Source: Dehalococcoidales bacterium
GTDB taxonomy: Bacteria; Chloroflexota; Dehalococcoidia; Dehalococcoidales; UBA5760
Length of the DNA stretch: 64,000 bases
Assembly (NCBI GenBank): GCA_034414575.1
Contig: DAOULZ010000024.1
Location: 9,150-73,149, forward strand
Direction of reading: 5' to 3'
Notes under the pieces: generated by a model
Database searches by the model: none
Told to the model about the DNA's origin: nothing
What the model saw: the letters and a program-made list of their open reading frames with translations, nothing else
Shown: positions 47,739-57,494 of the stretch, piece by piece
Numbering within the stretch: position 1 is the first letter of the stretch
Layout of the letters: each line of letters starts with the position of its first letter
Position numbers and translations under genes: made by a program

Positions 47739-49118
47739 GTGAATGGAGAGCGACTACCACCGCATGATATTGACGCTGAGGAAGCCGTAATTGGCTCGCT
47801 GCTGATAGATGGCACCGCCATTTATCAGATTGCAACCCTCCTTCAGCCGTCTAGCTTCTACAGTGAGCGAAACGCGCAGATATACAGTGCCTGCCTAGCG
47901 CTCTACCAGCGCAACGAAGCCATAAACCAAATTACCCTAGCCCAAGAGCTTGACCGGCAGGGTAAACTGGAGCCATGTGGTGGTGCTGCTTATCTAAGTC
48001 ATCTGGTATCTATCGTGCCGACATCGCTTGACATCGAACACTATGCTCAGATTGTTTTCCGATTGTCCGTAATGCGCTATCTCATCAATGCCGGTAGCCA
48101 GATTGCGTCGATCGGTTATGCCGCTGACCCGAATGTCGATGCCAGCCTCAGTCAAGCGGAGGATATTCTATTCAAATTGAGGCAGGGGCAATTCACTAGA
48201 GACCTAGTCCCGATCCGTCAGGTGCTGGACAGATACTTTGAGGATACTGCGGCCATTCCGACTGCCGAGGCAGGCCGTGTCGAGCCGGTTCCCCATGTAC
48301 TATCGGGCTTTGTTGCCTTGGATGAATTTCTGGGTGGTTTTCACCAGTCCGACCTGGTCATTGCCGCCGGCAGGCCCAGTACGGGCAAGACCAGCTTGGC
48401 TCTTAATATTGCCCGAAATGCCGCCGTGGACTACGGGGCCTGCGTGGCTTTCTTCAGCATGGAAATGGCTCGAGAATCGCTGGTCATGCGTCTCCTATCC
48501 AGCGAATCCGGGGTTAATTTAAGGCAGGTTCGTCTTGGTCTCCACACGGAGGCGGAGGAAAGAAGGATTATGGAGGCTACCGGGGCTCTGGCTGAGGCAG
48601 CAATCTATGTTGATGATTCACCTCAACTCCGGGTGGTGGAGCTGCGAAGCAAGGCGCGACGACTTCACTTTGAACGCGGTGTTAACCTGATCATCGTTGA
48701 CTATCTGCAGCTGATGCAGGCAGAGGGCAGAGTGGAAAACAGGGTTCAGGAGATAAGCTATATCTCTCGGTCCCTCAAGGGAATCGCGCGCGAGCTTAAT
48801 GTACCGGTGATAGCCGTATCCCAGCTCAGTCGAGCGGTAGAATGGCGGGCTTCACACCGGCCTCAGCTTTCTGACCTGCGCGAGAGTGGTAGTATTGAAC
48901 AGGATGCTGATGTGGTTATCTTTATCTACCGGGATGAGGTCTATTATTCTAGCCAGAAGGAGTGGGAGGATGCCCATCTCGGTGAAACCTACCCCCCGCC
49001 GGCTGAGATCATAATTGCCAAGCATCGTAATGGTCCTACCGGACAGGTAAATCTGCGTTTTATCCCCAAACTGGCCAAGTTTGAAAATATTGCTAATGCC
49101 GAGCCGAGTCTATTATGA
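47739..49118 (+). CDS. dnaB: Replicative DNA helicase (DnaB family)
   Basis: PPHDIDAEEAVIGSLL N-terminus, Walker A GRPSTGKTS, IIVDYLQLM and SQLSR motifs. 459 aa, with no intein. Confidence 0.95.
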   Translation: MNGERLPPHDIDAEEAVIGSLLIDGTAIYQIATLLQPSSFYSERNAQIYSACLALYQRNEAINQITLAQELDRQGKLEPCGGAAYLSHLVSIVPTSLDIEHYAQIVFRLSVMRYLINAGSQIASIGYAADPNVDASLSQAEDILFKLRQGQFTRDLVPIRQVLDRYFEDTAAIPTAEAGRVEPVPHVLSGFVALDEFLGGFHQSDLVIAAGRPSTGKTSLALNIARNAAVDYGACVAFFSMEMARESLVMRLLSSESGVNLRQVRLGLHTEAEERRIMEATGALAEAAIYVDDSPQLRVVELRSKARRLHFERGVNLIIVDYLQLMQAEGRVENRVQEISYISRSLKGIARELNVPVIAVSQLSRAVEWRASHRPQLSDLRESGSIEQDADVVIFIYRDEVYYSSQKEWEDAHLGETYPPPAEIIIAKHRNGPTGQVNLRFIPKLAKFENIANAEPSLL

Positions 49119-49176
49119 AGCGTTAAACCTCACACCGGATTATAACTAATGAGACGGAGCGTTTGAAAATACTGAT

Positions 49177-49890
49177 ATGGGACAATTTAAGGGTTTTCCC
49201 GTTAAGGTACAGTTTACCCCGCTCCCCAGCCTCTTCTTCAGCATGCTCCTGCCACAAATCAGCGATATCGCGGAGCTAAAGGTAACCCTTCATATTTTGG
49301 CTACCCTCTATCGGCGGCGGGGCTATCCCCGCTTTGTAAGCCTTAGAGAGTTGCTGGGCAGTACCAGCCTGATGCGCGGCCTCAGCCGGGCAGATGAGCC
49401 ACCGGCCGAGGCACTTACTAGAGCCTTGGAAATGGCTACCAAGCGGGGAACTATTCTCCGCTTAGCACTGGATAGGGATGGAGCTTCGGAGGACGTTTAT
49501 TTCCTCAATACTGAGTCGGACCGAGAGGCCATAGCTAAGATTCAGAAGGGTGAGCTTGGGCTTCCCGATCTGAAAGCCGAGGGCCAAGGCTATGTAGGGA
49601 CTGAGGAGCCACCCGATATCTTTACCCTTTATGAGCAGAACATCGGTATGCTTACCCCGATGATTGCCGAGGAGCTTAAAGAAGCCGAGAAGCTTTACCC
49701 TGGGGATTGGATTAAGGATGCCGTGAGAGAGGCAGTTAACCAGAATAAACGCAAATGGAGCTATATTTCAGCCATATTAGAGCGCTGGTTGCGAGAAGGA
49801 AGGGAAAGTGGAGCCCATAGGCGAGATTCTAAGAAACAAGACCCCGATAAATACATCAAGGGCAAATATGGACACATGGTCTGGCGGTAG
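49177..49890 (+). CDS. DnaD-domain (DnaB_2-type) replication/primosome protein
   Basis: The C-terminal block LYEQNIGMLTPMIAEELKEAEKLYPGDWIKDAVREAV...WSYISAILERW is the DnaD/DnaB_2 C-terminal domain pattern. Confidence 0.6.
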   Translation: MGQFKGFPVKVQFTPLPSLFFSMLLPQISDIAELKVTLHILATLYRRRGYPRFVSLRELLGSTSLMRGLSRADEPPAEALTRALEMATKRGTILRLALDRDGASEDVYFLNTESDREAIAKIQKGELGLPDLKAEGQGYVGTEEPPDIFTLYEQNIGMLTPMIAEELKEAEKLYPGDWIKDAVREAVNQNKRKWSYISAILERWLREGRESGAHRRDSKKQDPDKYIKGKYGHMVWR

Positions 49891-51226
49891 CGAAACCGAG
49901 GTAACCTCACCAGGTGCAGACTGCCCGGTTTGTAAGGGGGCGGGGTTCGTGCACCCGGTGCTCCCCTCGGGGAAGCCTGATTTTAGCCGGGTTATCCCCT
50001 GCCGCTGCACCCAGGAGACTCGGGACAAGGAGCGTTACACTCACCTCCTCCGCTACAGTAACTTGGGCTCGCTAACCCGTTTCACTTTTAGTAACCTGCA
50101 ACCACAGGGGAGGAGTGGGGATCCGATAAACCAGAAGCTGTTTAGCCGCGCCTATGAGGCGGCTAAAGCTTTTGCCGGTGAGCCTAAAGGGTGGTTAGTT
50201 CTCTCGGGCCCTACTAGCTCGGGTAAGACCCACCTAGCGGCAGCCATTGCTAACGAATGTATCAGTCAGGGCAGGCCAGTCCTTTTTATCTCAACCCCTG
50301 ACCTTCTGGACCGCTTGCGCTCGGCTTATAGCCCCGCTAGCGAGATGCCCTATGATGAGTTCTTTGACCAGGTGCGTAGTGCCCCGCTGCTCGTCCTAGA
50401 TGATTTGGGTGCTCAAACCGCTACCCCTTGGGCTAAGGAAAAACTGGATCAGCTCTTAAACTATCGCTTTAACAGTGAGTTACCCAGCGTAATTGTTACC
50501 ATCATCCCGATTGAGGAGTTAGAAGACCGATTGCACAGCCGGCTGACTAACCCTGATCTCTCTCAGATATATGTCCTTGAGGAAAAGAAGGCCTTATCTC
50601 AATATAGCTGGGGCCCCGAGTTTGAACTGCAGAAAGGTATGACCTTTGACAAATTTGACCGGAGGCCAAACCTGCTGCCCGAGCAACAGCAGAACCTGGA
50701 GGGGGCCTTTAAACTGGCCATGAGCTTTGCCAAATCCCCCGAAGGTTGGCTGGTGTTAATGGGGCAAAGCGGGTGTGGCAAGACTCATCTGGCCGCCGCC
50801 ATCGTTAATTATCACTATCAAGCCAGAAAGCCAGCTCTGTTCGTGGTGGTGCCCGATTTCCTTGACCACCTGCGCTCTGCCTTCAATCCGGAGAGTAAGG
50901 TATCCTACGACCAGCTGTTTGAAAGGGTAAAGACCGCCCCGATGCTCGTCCTGGATGATTTTGGCGAACAGACTACCACTCCGTGGGTGGAGGAGAAGCT
51001 CTACCAGCTTATTAATTTCCGTCATAACGCCCGACTAGCCACCGTAATCACCACTCGCTATTCGTCAGATGAGATAATGGAGCAAATTGATAGTCCTATT
51101 AGCTCCCGACTGGTTGACAATAAAATTAGCACCGCATTTAATATTATTGTCCCCGACTACCGGACTGACTTACGGGCCGGGCGGAAGAGAGTACTCCGTG
51201 GGGGTAAGAGAGGACGCTGGGACTAG
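49808..51226 (+). CDS. DnaC/IstB-like AAA+ helicase-loader protein with two tandem ATPase modules and an N-terminal Cys4 knuckle
   Basis: CPVCKGAGF...IPCRC near the N-terminus. Module 1 has GWLVLSGPTSSGKTHLAAAIAN...LLVLDDLG. Module 2 has GWLVLMGQSGCGKTHLAAAIVN...MLVLDDFG. The start is uncertain: GTG 49808 or ATG 49868, and both overlap the upstream gene. Confidence 0.75.
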   Translation: MEPIGEILRNKTPINTSRANMDTWSGGSETEVTSPGADCPVCKGAGFVHPVLPSGKPDFSRVIPCRCTQETRDKERYTHLLRYSNLGSLTRFTFSNLQPQGRSGDPINQKLFSRAYEAAKAFAGEPKGWLVLSGPTSSGKTHLAAAIANECISQGRPVLFISTPDLLDRLRSAYSPASEMPYDEFFDQVRSAPLLVLDDLGAQTATPWAKEKLDQLLNYRFNSELPSVIVTIIPIEELEDRLHSRLTNPDLSQIYVLEEKKALSQYSWGPEFELQKGMTFDKFDRRPNLLPEQQQNLEGAFKLAMSFAKSPEGWLVLMGQSGCGKTHLAAAIVNYHYQARKPALFVVVPDFLDHLRSAFNPESKVSYDQLFERVKTAPMLVLDDFGEQTTTPWVEEKLYQLINFRHNARLATVITTRYSSDEIMEQIDSPISSRLVDNKISTAFNIIVPDYRTDLRAGRKRVLRGGKRGRWD

Positions 51227-51338
51227 GTGACCTGAGTCGGCTTGTAAAGTCCGCGGTTTTTGAGTAAAATTAGGCGAGCTTACCTAAATACGTTTTGCTG
51301 CCGAATTTGGGGCATATCCCTGGGGAGAGACCTTAATT

Positions 51339-51842
51339 GTGATAAACCTGCCCGTCCTGGTATTAAATCAGAACTACGAGCCACTCAATATCTGTCGCGC
51401 CCGGCGAGCGGTAGTCTTGGTATATCGAGGTAAGGCTGAGATGTTAGAGGATGGCTCGGGATTTATCCACTCAACCACTGATGCCTTCTCGGTACCCTCG
51501 GTAATCCGCTTGGCCTACATGATTAAGCGTCCTCGACCAAAGAGAAGGCTAAACCGACTTGAGGTTTTTAACCGCGACCAATATATCTGCCAGTACTGTG
51601 GTAAAGAAGGTCGGCAGCTTACCTTGGATCACGTTATCCCACGCTACCGCGGTGGTGAGCACACCTGGGAGAATGTAGTCAGTGCCTGTGTTCCCTGTAA
51701 TCGTCACAAGGCGGGTAGAACCCCGGAACAAGCCAGGATGAGGTTAATTCGTCGTCCCTCACCCCCGCGAGATAAGCTTCCTTTCTATATCCCCCACCAG
51801 CTTAAGAACCAGCTTCAATGGCAGAAATACCTTCCCCAGTGA
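51339..51842 (+). CDS. HNH endonuclease (McrA/COG1403-like)
   Basis: CQYCG...LTLDHVIPRYRGGEHTWENVVSACVPCNRHK is a complete HNH/Cys4 motif. 167 aa. Confidence 0.8.
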   Translation: MINLPVLVLNQNYEPLNICRARRAVVLVYRGKAEMLEDGSGFIHSTTDAFSVPSVIRLAYMIKRPRPKRRLNRLEVFNRDQYICQYCGKEGRQLTLDHVIPRYRGGEHTWENVVSACVPCNRHKAGRTPEQARMRLIRRPSPPRDKLPFYIPHQLKNQLQWQKYLPQ

Positions 51843-51863
51843 AAAGGGTCGTAATCTACAGAC

Positions 51864-52694
51864 CTAGCCCTTTTTGCGCTGCTTGCGGCCTGACTCAGCC
51901 TCAGTAGCTACCTCGCTAACCGGCAATTCTACGGTCGCCCCGCTCTCCAGTTCAACCATTACCGTTTCCTTGAGAGGGTTACCGGCCACTACCTTAGCTA
52001 TGCCCATGGAGGTTGATACTTGTTGGCCTTTCTTGGGTAACTCATCCCGCATCGCTTGGTAAACTTCGTATTCATAACTGAGGCAACACATTAAGCGTCC
52101 GCAGATCCCCGATATTTTCATCGGATTAAGGGGTAAATCCTGTTCCTTGGCCATTCTAATCGAAACTGGGTCAAACTCGTCTAAGAAGCTGGCGCAGCAT
52201 AGCGGACGGCCACACCGGCCAAAGCCGCCTACCAGTTTGGCTTCATCTCTGGGCCCTACCTGCCGTAATTCTACGCGCGCTTTGAAGTGATTGGTTAATT
52301 CCTTAACCAGCTCGCGGAAGTCGACTCTCTCGGCAGCACTGAAGAAAAAAGTAAGACGGCTACCATTGAGGTTGTATTCAGCAGATATTAGCTTCATCGG
52401 CAGCTTTAGCTTATCAATCCACTCGCCACATTCAGCCAAGGCCTCCAGACTCTTCGCCTCCAGTTCCTGGGCACGTTTGATATCCTCGGGCTCTGCCAGG
52501 CGTACCACCGGCTTTAGGGGTTCGCCCACCTCACTATCCAGTACCTGCTCGGGAGCAATGACCACTTGTCCCAGCTCCAGACCGCGGCTGGTCTTGACGA
52601 CCACGTAGTCGTATACTTTTAGATCAATACCCGCTGGGTCAAAGAAGTACACCCTCCCAGCTCTCTTGAAACGGATGCCAACAATATCAGCCAT
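51864..52694 (-). CDS. PSP1-domain protein (RicT/YaaT-like)
   Basis: GIRFKRAGRVYFFD start and a Cys-rich GRCGRPLCCASFL...CGRLMCCLSYE block. It sits downstream of holB as in Firmicutes. Confidence 0.85.
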   Translation of the reverse strand: MADIVGIRFKRAGRVYFFDPAGIDLKVYDYVVVKTSRGLELGQVVIAPEQVLDSEVGEPLKPVVRLAEPEDIKRAQELEAKSLEALAECGEWIDKLKLPMKLISAEYNLNGSRLTFFFSAAERVDFRELVKELTNHFKARVELRQVGPRDEAKLVGGFGRCGRPLCCASFLDEFDPVSIRMAKEQDLPLNPMKISGICGRLMCCLSYEYEVYQAMRDELPKKGQQVSTSMGIAKVVAGNPLKETVMVELESGATVELPVSEVATEAESGRKQRKKG

Positions 52695-52697
52695 CTT

Positions 52698-53714
52698 TCA
52701 CTCACCTCTCCTGGGTATGCTCAGCGTTAGCACCTCCAGTACCAGTTGTGGATTGGCGTTTTGCTTGAGTTGTTCTTGAGCCGCCTGAATACTGCTGATG
52801 AAATCCCTTATTTGCCGGAGACTGTAGGCCTTGGCGTGGCTGATAAGCATGGCTTCTAGGTCAGTGTTGCTGATGAAGCTTGGGCAATCGGCCTTAACTA
52901 ATAGGAGGTCACGCCACCAGCTAAGCCACAAATCTAAAATTTCGCCAACCAGTTCCCGGTTCTGGCTGAACTGGGCGGACAGCTGAAGAGCATAGTTAAA
53001 ACGTTCCTCGCCGTCACCACTGGTTACCTTAATTATCCTCTCTACCCTCTCTGACCTCTGCTGAAGCAGAGTATCATCGCTGGCTGCTGAGAGTGCCCAG
53101 CCCAAACAGCCGCGGCAAAGCCTGGCCAGAAGCTTGGCCTGAGGCACCTCAATATCCCCTCGCTTGTTAAGAACCGTTTCTACCTCGGCCGTGGCTAGCG
53201 GGGTTAATTCGAGCCGCTGGCAGCGAGAAACAATGGTGGCTGGTAAGAGCCGGTCACTGGTAGTTAACAGGATAAAGACTACCTTCCCTACCGGCTCCTC
53301 TAGGGTTTTGAGGAGGCAATTGGCGGCTTCATGTGACATGAACTCGGCTCCATCGATAATGAATACCTTGAATCTGCCCTCAAATGGCGGTAGGCTGGCT
53401 GAGTGTTGAAGCTCTCTAATCTGGTGAATGCTGATTTCGGTCTGAGGCTTAGCTCCGGTCGAATTAAAGTTGCCGGTCAAGCCTATAATCTGGACATCGG
53501 CATGCTTAGCGGAAGCTATTTTTTGGCAGGAAGCACAAACCCCACAAGGGGGCTCAGGTGCCTCACAGTTTAGAGTCTTGGCTAAATCCAAAGCTAGGGT
53601 CATTTTGCCCACGTGGCGTGGACCGACAGCGAGATAGGCGTGGGCTAATGCCTGTCTCTCTAGGCTACGCTGAAGTAAGGAGACGGCCCTTTCTTGCCCG
53701 ATTACTTCCCACAC
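52698..53714 (-). CDS. holB: DNA polymerase III delta' subunit
   Basis: HAYLAVGPRHVGKMTLA degenerate P-loop, the Zn module CGVCASC, FIIDGAE and SRCQ sensor motifs. Confidence 0.85.
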   Translation of the reverse strand: MWEVIGQERAVSLLQRSLERQALAHAYLAVGPRHVGKMTLALDLAKTLNCEAPEPPCGVCASCQKIASAKHADVQIIGLTGNFNSTGAKPQTEISIHQIRELQHSASLPPFEGRFKVFIIDGAEFMSHEAANCLLKTLEEPVGKVVFILLTTSDRLLPATIVSRCQRLELTPLATAEVETVLNKRGDIEVPQAKLLARLCRGCLGWALSAASDDTLLQQRSERVERIIKVTSGDGEERFNYALQLSAQFSQNRELVGEILDLWLSWWRDLLLVKADCPSFISNTDLEAMLISHAKAYSLRQIRDFISSIQAAQEQLKQNANPQLVLEVLTLSIPRRGE

Positions 53715-53732
53715 CCTAGGTTTACCCCCTAT

Positions 53733-55040
53733 CTAAACCAAATCGCACTGGGTCAGGTCGGCGAGGGTCTCCCTTCGTCGTATGAGGCGTGCTTTACCCT
53801 CCTTAACCATGACCACCGCTGGCTTAAGCGAAGCATTATAGTTACTGGCCAGTGGCAGGCAGTAGGCGCCGCAGCCGGCTATGGCAATAATGTCACCGGC
53901 GGCTGGTTGCGGCAGGCGGATATCCCTTATCAGGATGTCTCCGGATTCACAAAACTTGCCGGTAATGGTAATCTCCCCGGTCTCCTTTTCCGTCATCTTG
54001 TTAGCTAAGACTGCCTCGTATTTAGCTCCGTAGAGGGCCGGGCGGATATTATCGCCCATGCCACCGTCCACCGAGACATAGCGCCTGATACCGGGTATAT
54101 CCTTGATGGTACCCACCGTATATAGGGCCACTCCAGCCTGCCCGACTATCGCCCGTCCCGGTTCAACGACAAGCTGTGGCATTTTTAACCCTAACCCTTG
54201 GCACTTAGTGGTAACCTTGGCTGCCATTCTCTCAGCGTAGAATGAGACGAGTGGTGCCGGCATATCCCGGGTGTACTGAATAGCAAAACCGCCACCAATA
54301 TTCAGCTCCTTGAGTTCAAACCCGCACTTAGCGTTCATCTCGCCGGAGAGGTCAAGCACGCGCTCAATAGCCTGCTCGTAAGGCTCTATCTCGTAGATGA
54401 GCGAGCCGATGTGAAAGTGCAGGCCGATAAGGTTAAGGTTAGACGTGCTTGTTGCCTGGGACACCGCTTCCTCTCCGCTTGGCATGGGGAGACCGAACTT
54501 ACTGTCGATAACGCCGGTAGCAATATACTGGTGGGTGTGAGGGTCTACCCCGGGAGATAGGCGGAGCAGGATATCGGGTCTAAGCCCCATCTCCCTGGCT
54601 ATCGTGTTAAGCAGTTCAAGCTCGTGGAGGTTATCCACCACGATGCGACCGACCTGCCACTCAAGTGCCAGTTTTAATTCCGCGGCTGATTTGTTATTCC
54701 CGTGGTAGTACACTCTGTCTAGGGGAAAACCGGCCGCCCGGGCGATATGGAGCTCCCCGGCCGAAACCACATCCAGTCCCAAACCCTCCTCTTTGAAGAG
54801 GATAGCCAGTGCAGTATTGATGAAAGCCTTGCCGGCGTAGATGACCCCGGTACCTGGATAGCGCTTGCCAAACTCAGCCTTGAATTCAGCACATTTGCTG
54901 CGTAGGTTAAATTCATCAAAGACATAGAGCGGCGTGCCAAACTCGGCTGCCAGCTCAAGGCTATCACAACCACCAATTGCAAGGTGACCTTGGGGATTCA
55001 CCTCGGCGGTGAGTGGAAACAGGGGAAGTCTATCCGTCAT
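53733..55040 (-). CDS. lysA: Diaminopimelate decarboxylase
   Basis: TPLYVFDE, YAGKAF, HFHIGS, GGGF, EPGRAIVG and CESGD motifs. 435 aa. Confidence 0.9.
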   Translation of the reverse strand: MTDRLPLFPLTAEVNPQGHLAIGGCDSLELAAEFGTPLYVFDEFNLRSKCAEFKAEFGKRYPGTGVIYAGKAFINTALAILFKEEGLGLDVVSAGELHIARAAGFPLDRVYYHGNNKSAAELKLALEWQVGRIVVDNLHELELLNTIAREMGLRPDILLRLSPGVDPHTHQYIATGVIDSKFGLPMPSGEEAVSQATSTSNLNLIGLHFHIGSLIYEIEPYEQAIERVLDLSGEMNAKCGFELKELNIGGGFAIQYTRDMPAPLVSFYAERMAAKVTTKCQGLGLKMPQLVVEPGRAIVGQAGVALYTVGTIKDIPGIRRYVSVDGGMGDNIRPALYGAKYEAVLANKMTEKETGEITITGKFCESGDILIRDIRLPQPAAGDIIAIAGCGAYCLPLASNYNASLKPAVVMVKEGKARLIRRRETLADLTQCDLV

Positions 55041-55128
55041 TTCACCTCAATGTTACCAGTGCCCACTGGCGAAGTCAATTTGGGGCTGACTTTCAGCCTT
55101 AGCTCAAAATTGACCGGAAAACATAATA

Positions 55129-55157
55129 TTGACAAATGGTAAAGGTTATGTTACATT
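55129..55157 (+). promoter_or_regulatory. Probable promoter of the trp operon leader
   Basis: TTGACA (55129-55134), 17-nt spacer, TACATT (55152-55157), just upstream of the T-box leader. Confidence 0.45.
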
Positions 55158-55164
55158 CAATTTA

Positions 55165-55467
55165 ATTAAATATGGTAAAGGCTGGGAACAAGACTAGTAG
55201 CCTTCCAGCGAAGCGCAGAGAGTCGGGTAAGGTGTGAGCCGATGCTGGCGTAGAAGGTGAATGGACTTGGGAGCTGCAGGTTGAAAGTTTGCATTTGTCA
55301 GTGAGTAGGCTTTGTCGCAGGGGAAGCGTTATCGGATCCCAGGGTATCGAGGTTAAAGCCTCTGTACCTGAAAAGAGATAATCGGCAGCTTGGTATTTAC
55401 TGTAGCCGGTTAAGAAGGGTGGCACCGCGAAATGAAATTCTCGCCCCTTTAAGGGACGGGAGTTTTT
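55165..55467 (+). promoter_or_regulatory. T-box leader (tRNA-Trp-responsive riboswitch) with intrinsic terminator
   Basis: Stem I element CAGAGAGUC (about 55216-55224). Specifier context GAA-UGG-A, with UGG at 55262-55264. T-box sequence GGGUGGCACCGCG at 55417-55429. Terminator hairpin 55438-55462 followed by UUUUU at 55463-55467. Confidence 0.8.
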
Positions 55468-55471
55468 GTTT

Positions 55472-56932
55472 ATGGGGCAAGAAAAAGAGATGTATTATCC
55501 AACTCTAGATGAGGTTAGTGAGCTATCAAAAAATGGTAATCTGGTGCCGGTCTACCATGAGATTATGGCTGACCTGGAGACCCCAGTATCTGCCTATCTC
55601 AAGATAGCCCGTGGTGACTATTCTTTTCTACTGGAGAGCGTTGAGGGTGGCGAGCAGCTGGCACGCTATAGCTTTCTGGGCACCGAGCCCTCCCTCATCC
55701 TTAAAACGGGTAATGAGGATCCGGTTGACCCCCTATTGCCGATAGAGAGAGAACTCAGTCGGTTCCAGTCGGTGCCCGTAAGCGGCCTGCCTCGCTTTCA
55801 CGGTGGCATGGTTGGCTACCTGGGTTATGAAGTAGCCCGCTACTTTGAGAGACTACCGTCTCCCGACCCTGACCCGCTGGGGCTTCCTGAATCCATATTT
55901 ATGCTGGCGGATAGTCTACTCGTTTTTGACCACCTTACCCATAAGATTAAGGTGGTTTCTCACGCTCACCTTGATGGCAATATTGAGTCTGCGTATTATG
56001 AGGCAACCCGCAAGATTGACAGTCTGGTGACCAGGTTGAGACAGCCCATCCCCGCCCAGCTCCCGCCGACCTTGTTTTCTGGGTCTCTGGCTGTGTCAAA
56101 TCTGTCTCAAGCCAGGTTCGAAGCCAGCGTCTCTCAGGCTAAGGAGCACATCTACGCTGGCGATATCATTCAGGTTGTTTTGTCACAGCGTCTTGCCAGG
56201 CCGATAAAGGCCCACCCTTTCGCCATGTACCGGGCGCTACGCTCCCTCAACCCGTCCCCCTATATGTATTATCTCCAGCTGGGGGACTTCCATATTGTGG
56301 GTTCCTCCCCAGAGCTACTGGTAAGGGTGGAGGACGGGATAGTATCCACTCACCCCATCGCCGGCACCCGGCCCCGGGGCAAGAGCCTGGCTCAGGATGT
56401 AGCCTTGGCTGAGGAGCTCAGTCATGATGAAAAGGAGTGTGCGGAGCACATTATGTTGGTTGACTTGGGGCGTAATGACATCGGGCGGGTAAGCGAGCCA
56501 GGTACGGTGAAGGTAACCCAGCTCATGGATATAGAGCGCTATTCCCACGTCATGCACCTGGTATCCCATGTTCAGGGTAGTCTTAAGAAGGGATTATCTC
56601 AGTTCGATGCCCTGCGGGCCTGTTTCCCGGCGGGGACCGTCTCGGGAGCACCCAAGATTCGGGCTATGGAGATTATTGCTGAACTGGAACCGGATAAGAG
56701 AGGCCCCTATGCCGGGGCGGTGGGTTATTTCGGTTTCTCGGGGAATATGGATAACGCCATCACCATCCGCACCAGCGTTATCAAGGACGGCGTTGCCTAT
56801 GTCCAGGCGGGGGCCGGCATTGTCGCTGATAGCATCCCGAAGCGTGAATATCAGGAGAGTCTGAGCAAAGCCCAGGCACTATTCACGGCGATAGAACAGG
56901 CGGAGGTAGCCAGCCGTGCTGCTGCTCATTGA
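55472..56932 (+). CDS. trpE: Anthranilate synthase component I
   Basis: LESVEGGE, the Trp-feedback region LNPSPYMYY, and the GTRPRG and GAGIVADS blocks. The start is taken at ATG 55472 because the TTG at 55466 lies inside the terminator U-run. Confidence 0.95.
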   Translation: MGQEKEMYYPTLDEVSELSKNGNLVPVYHEIMADLETPVSAYLKIARGDYSFLLESVEGGEQLARYSFLGTEPSLILKTGNEDPVDPLLPIERELSRFQSVPVSGLPRFHGGMVGYLGYEVARYFERLPSPDPDPLGLPESIFMLADSLLVFDHLTHKIKVVSHAHLDGNIESAYYEATRKIDSLVTRLRQPIPAQLPPTLFSGSLAVSNLSQARFEASVSQAKEHIYAGDIIQVVLSQRLARPIKAHPFAMYRALRSLNPSPYMYYLQLGDFHIVGSSPELLVRVEDGIVSTHPIAGTRPRGKSLAQDVALAEELSHDEKECAEHIMLVDLGRNDIGRVSEPGTVKVTQLMDIERYSHVMHLVSHVQGSLKKGLSQFDALRACFPAGTVSGAPKIRAMEIIAELEPDKRGPYAGAVGYFGFSGNMDNAITIRTSVIKDGVAYVQAGAGIVADSIPKREYQESLSKAQALFTAIEQAEVASRAAAH

Positions 56933-57494
56933 TAATTACGATAGCTTTACCTATAACCTCTTTCAGTACCTGAGCGAACTGGGGGCAGGGGTCTGGGTGG
57001 TTCGTAACGACCGGGTGAGCCTTAAGGAGATTGAGGCGAGGTTGCCGGAGCGTATCGTCATCTCGCCCGGGCCGGGCACACCGGAAGAGGCCGGTATCTC
57101 CAACGATGTTATCCGCTGCTTTGGTGGTAGTATTCCTATTCTCGGTGTTTGTTTGGGGCACCAGTGCGTTGGCTATGCCTACGGGGGTAAAGTTAGCCGC
57201 GCCGGTGAGATTATGCATGGTAAGTCCTCACTCATTCACCACGACGGCAAGGGGGTTTTCAAGGGTCTTGTCAGCCCCTTCCCCGCCATCCGCTACCACT
57301 CCCTGGCGGTGATGGCCGACGGTCTGCCCAGCTGCCTTGAGGTCAGCGCCCGAACCGAAAATGGTATTATAATGGGACTGCGGCACCGCGAGTTTTCGGT
57401 GGAGGGTGTTCAGTTTCATCCCGAGTCTATCATGACCGGGGTGGGTAAGGACTTGCTCAGGAATTTTCTGGGCTGCGAAGGGTGCTATGATTAA
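56916..57494 (+). CDS. trpG: Anthranilate synthase component II (glutamine amidotransferase)
   Basis: LLIDNYDSFTYNL, GVCLGHQ (catalytic Cys) and FHPES motifs. Confidence 0.9.
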   Translation: MLLLIDNYDSFTYNLFQYLSELGAGVWVVRNDRVSLKEIEARLPERIVISPGPGTPEEAGISNDVIRCFGGSIPILGVCLGHQCVGYAYGGKVSRAGEIMHGKSSLIHHDGKGVFKGLVSPFPAIRYHSLAVMADGLPSCLEVSARTENGIIMGLRHREFSVEGVQFHPESIMTGVGKDLLRNFLGCEGCYD

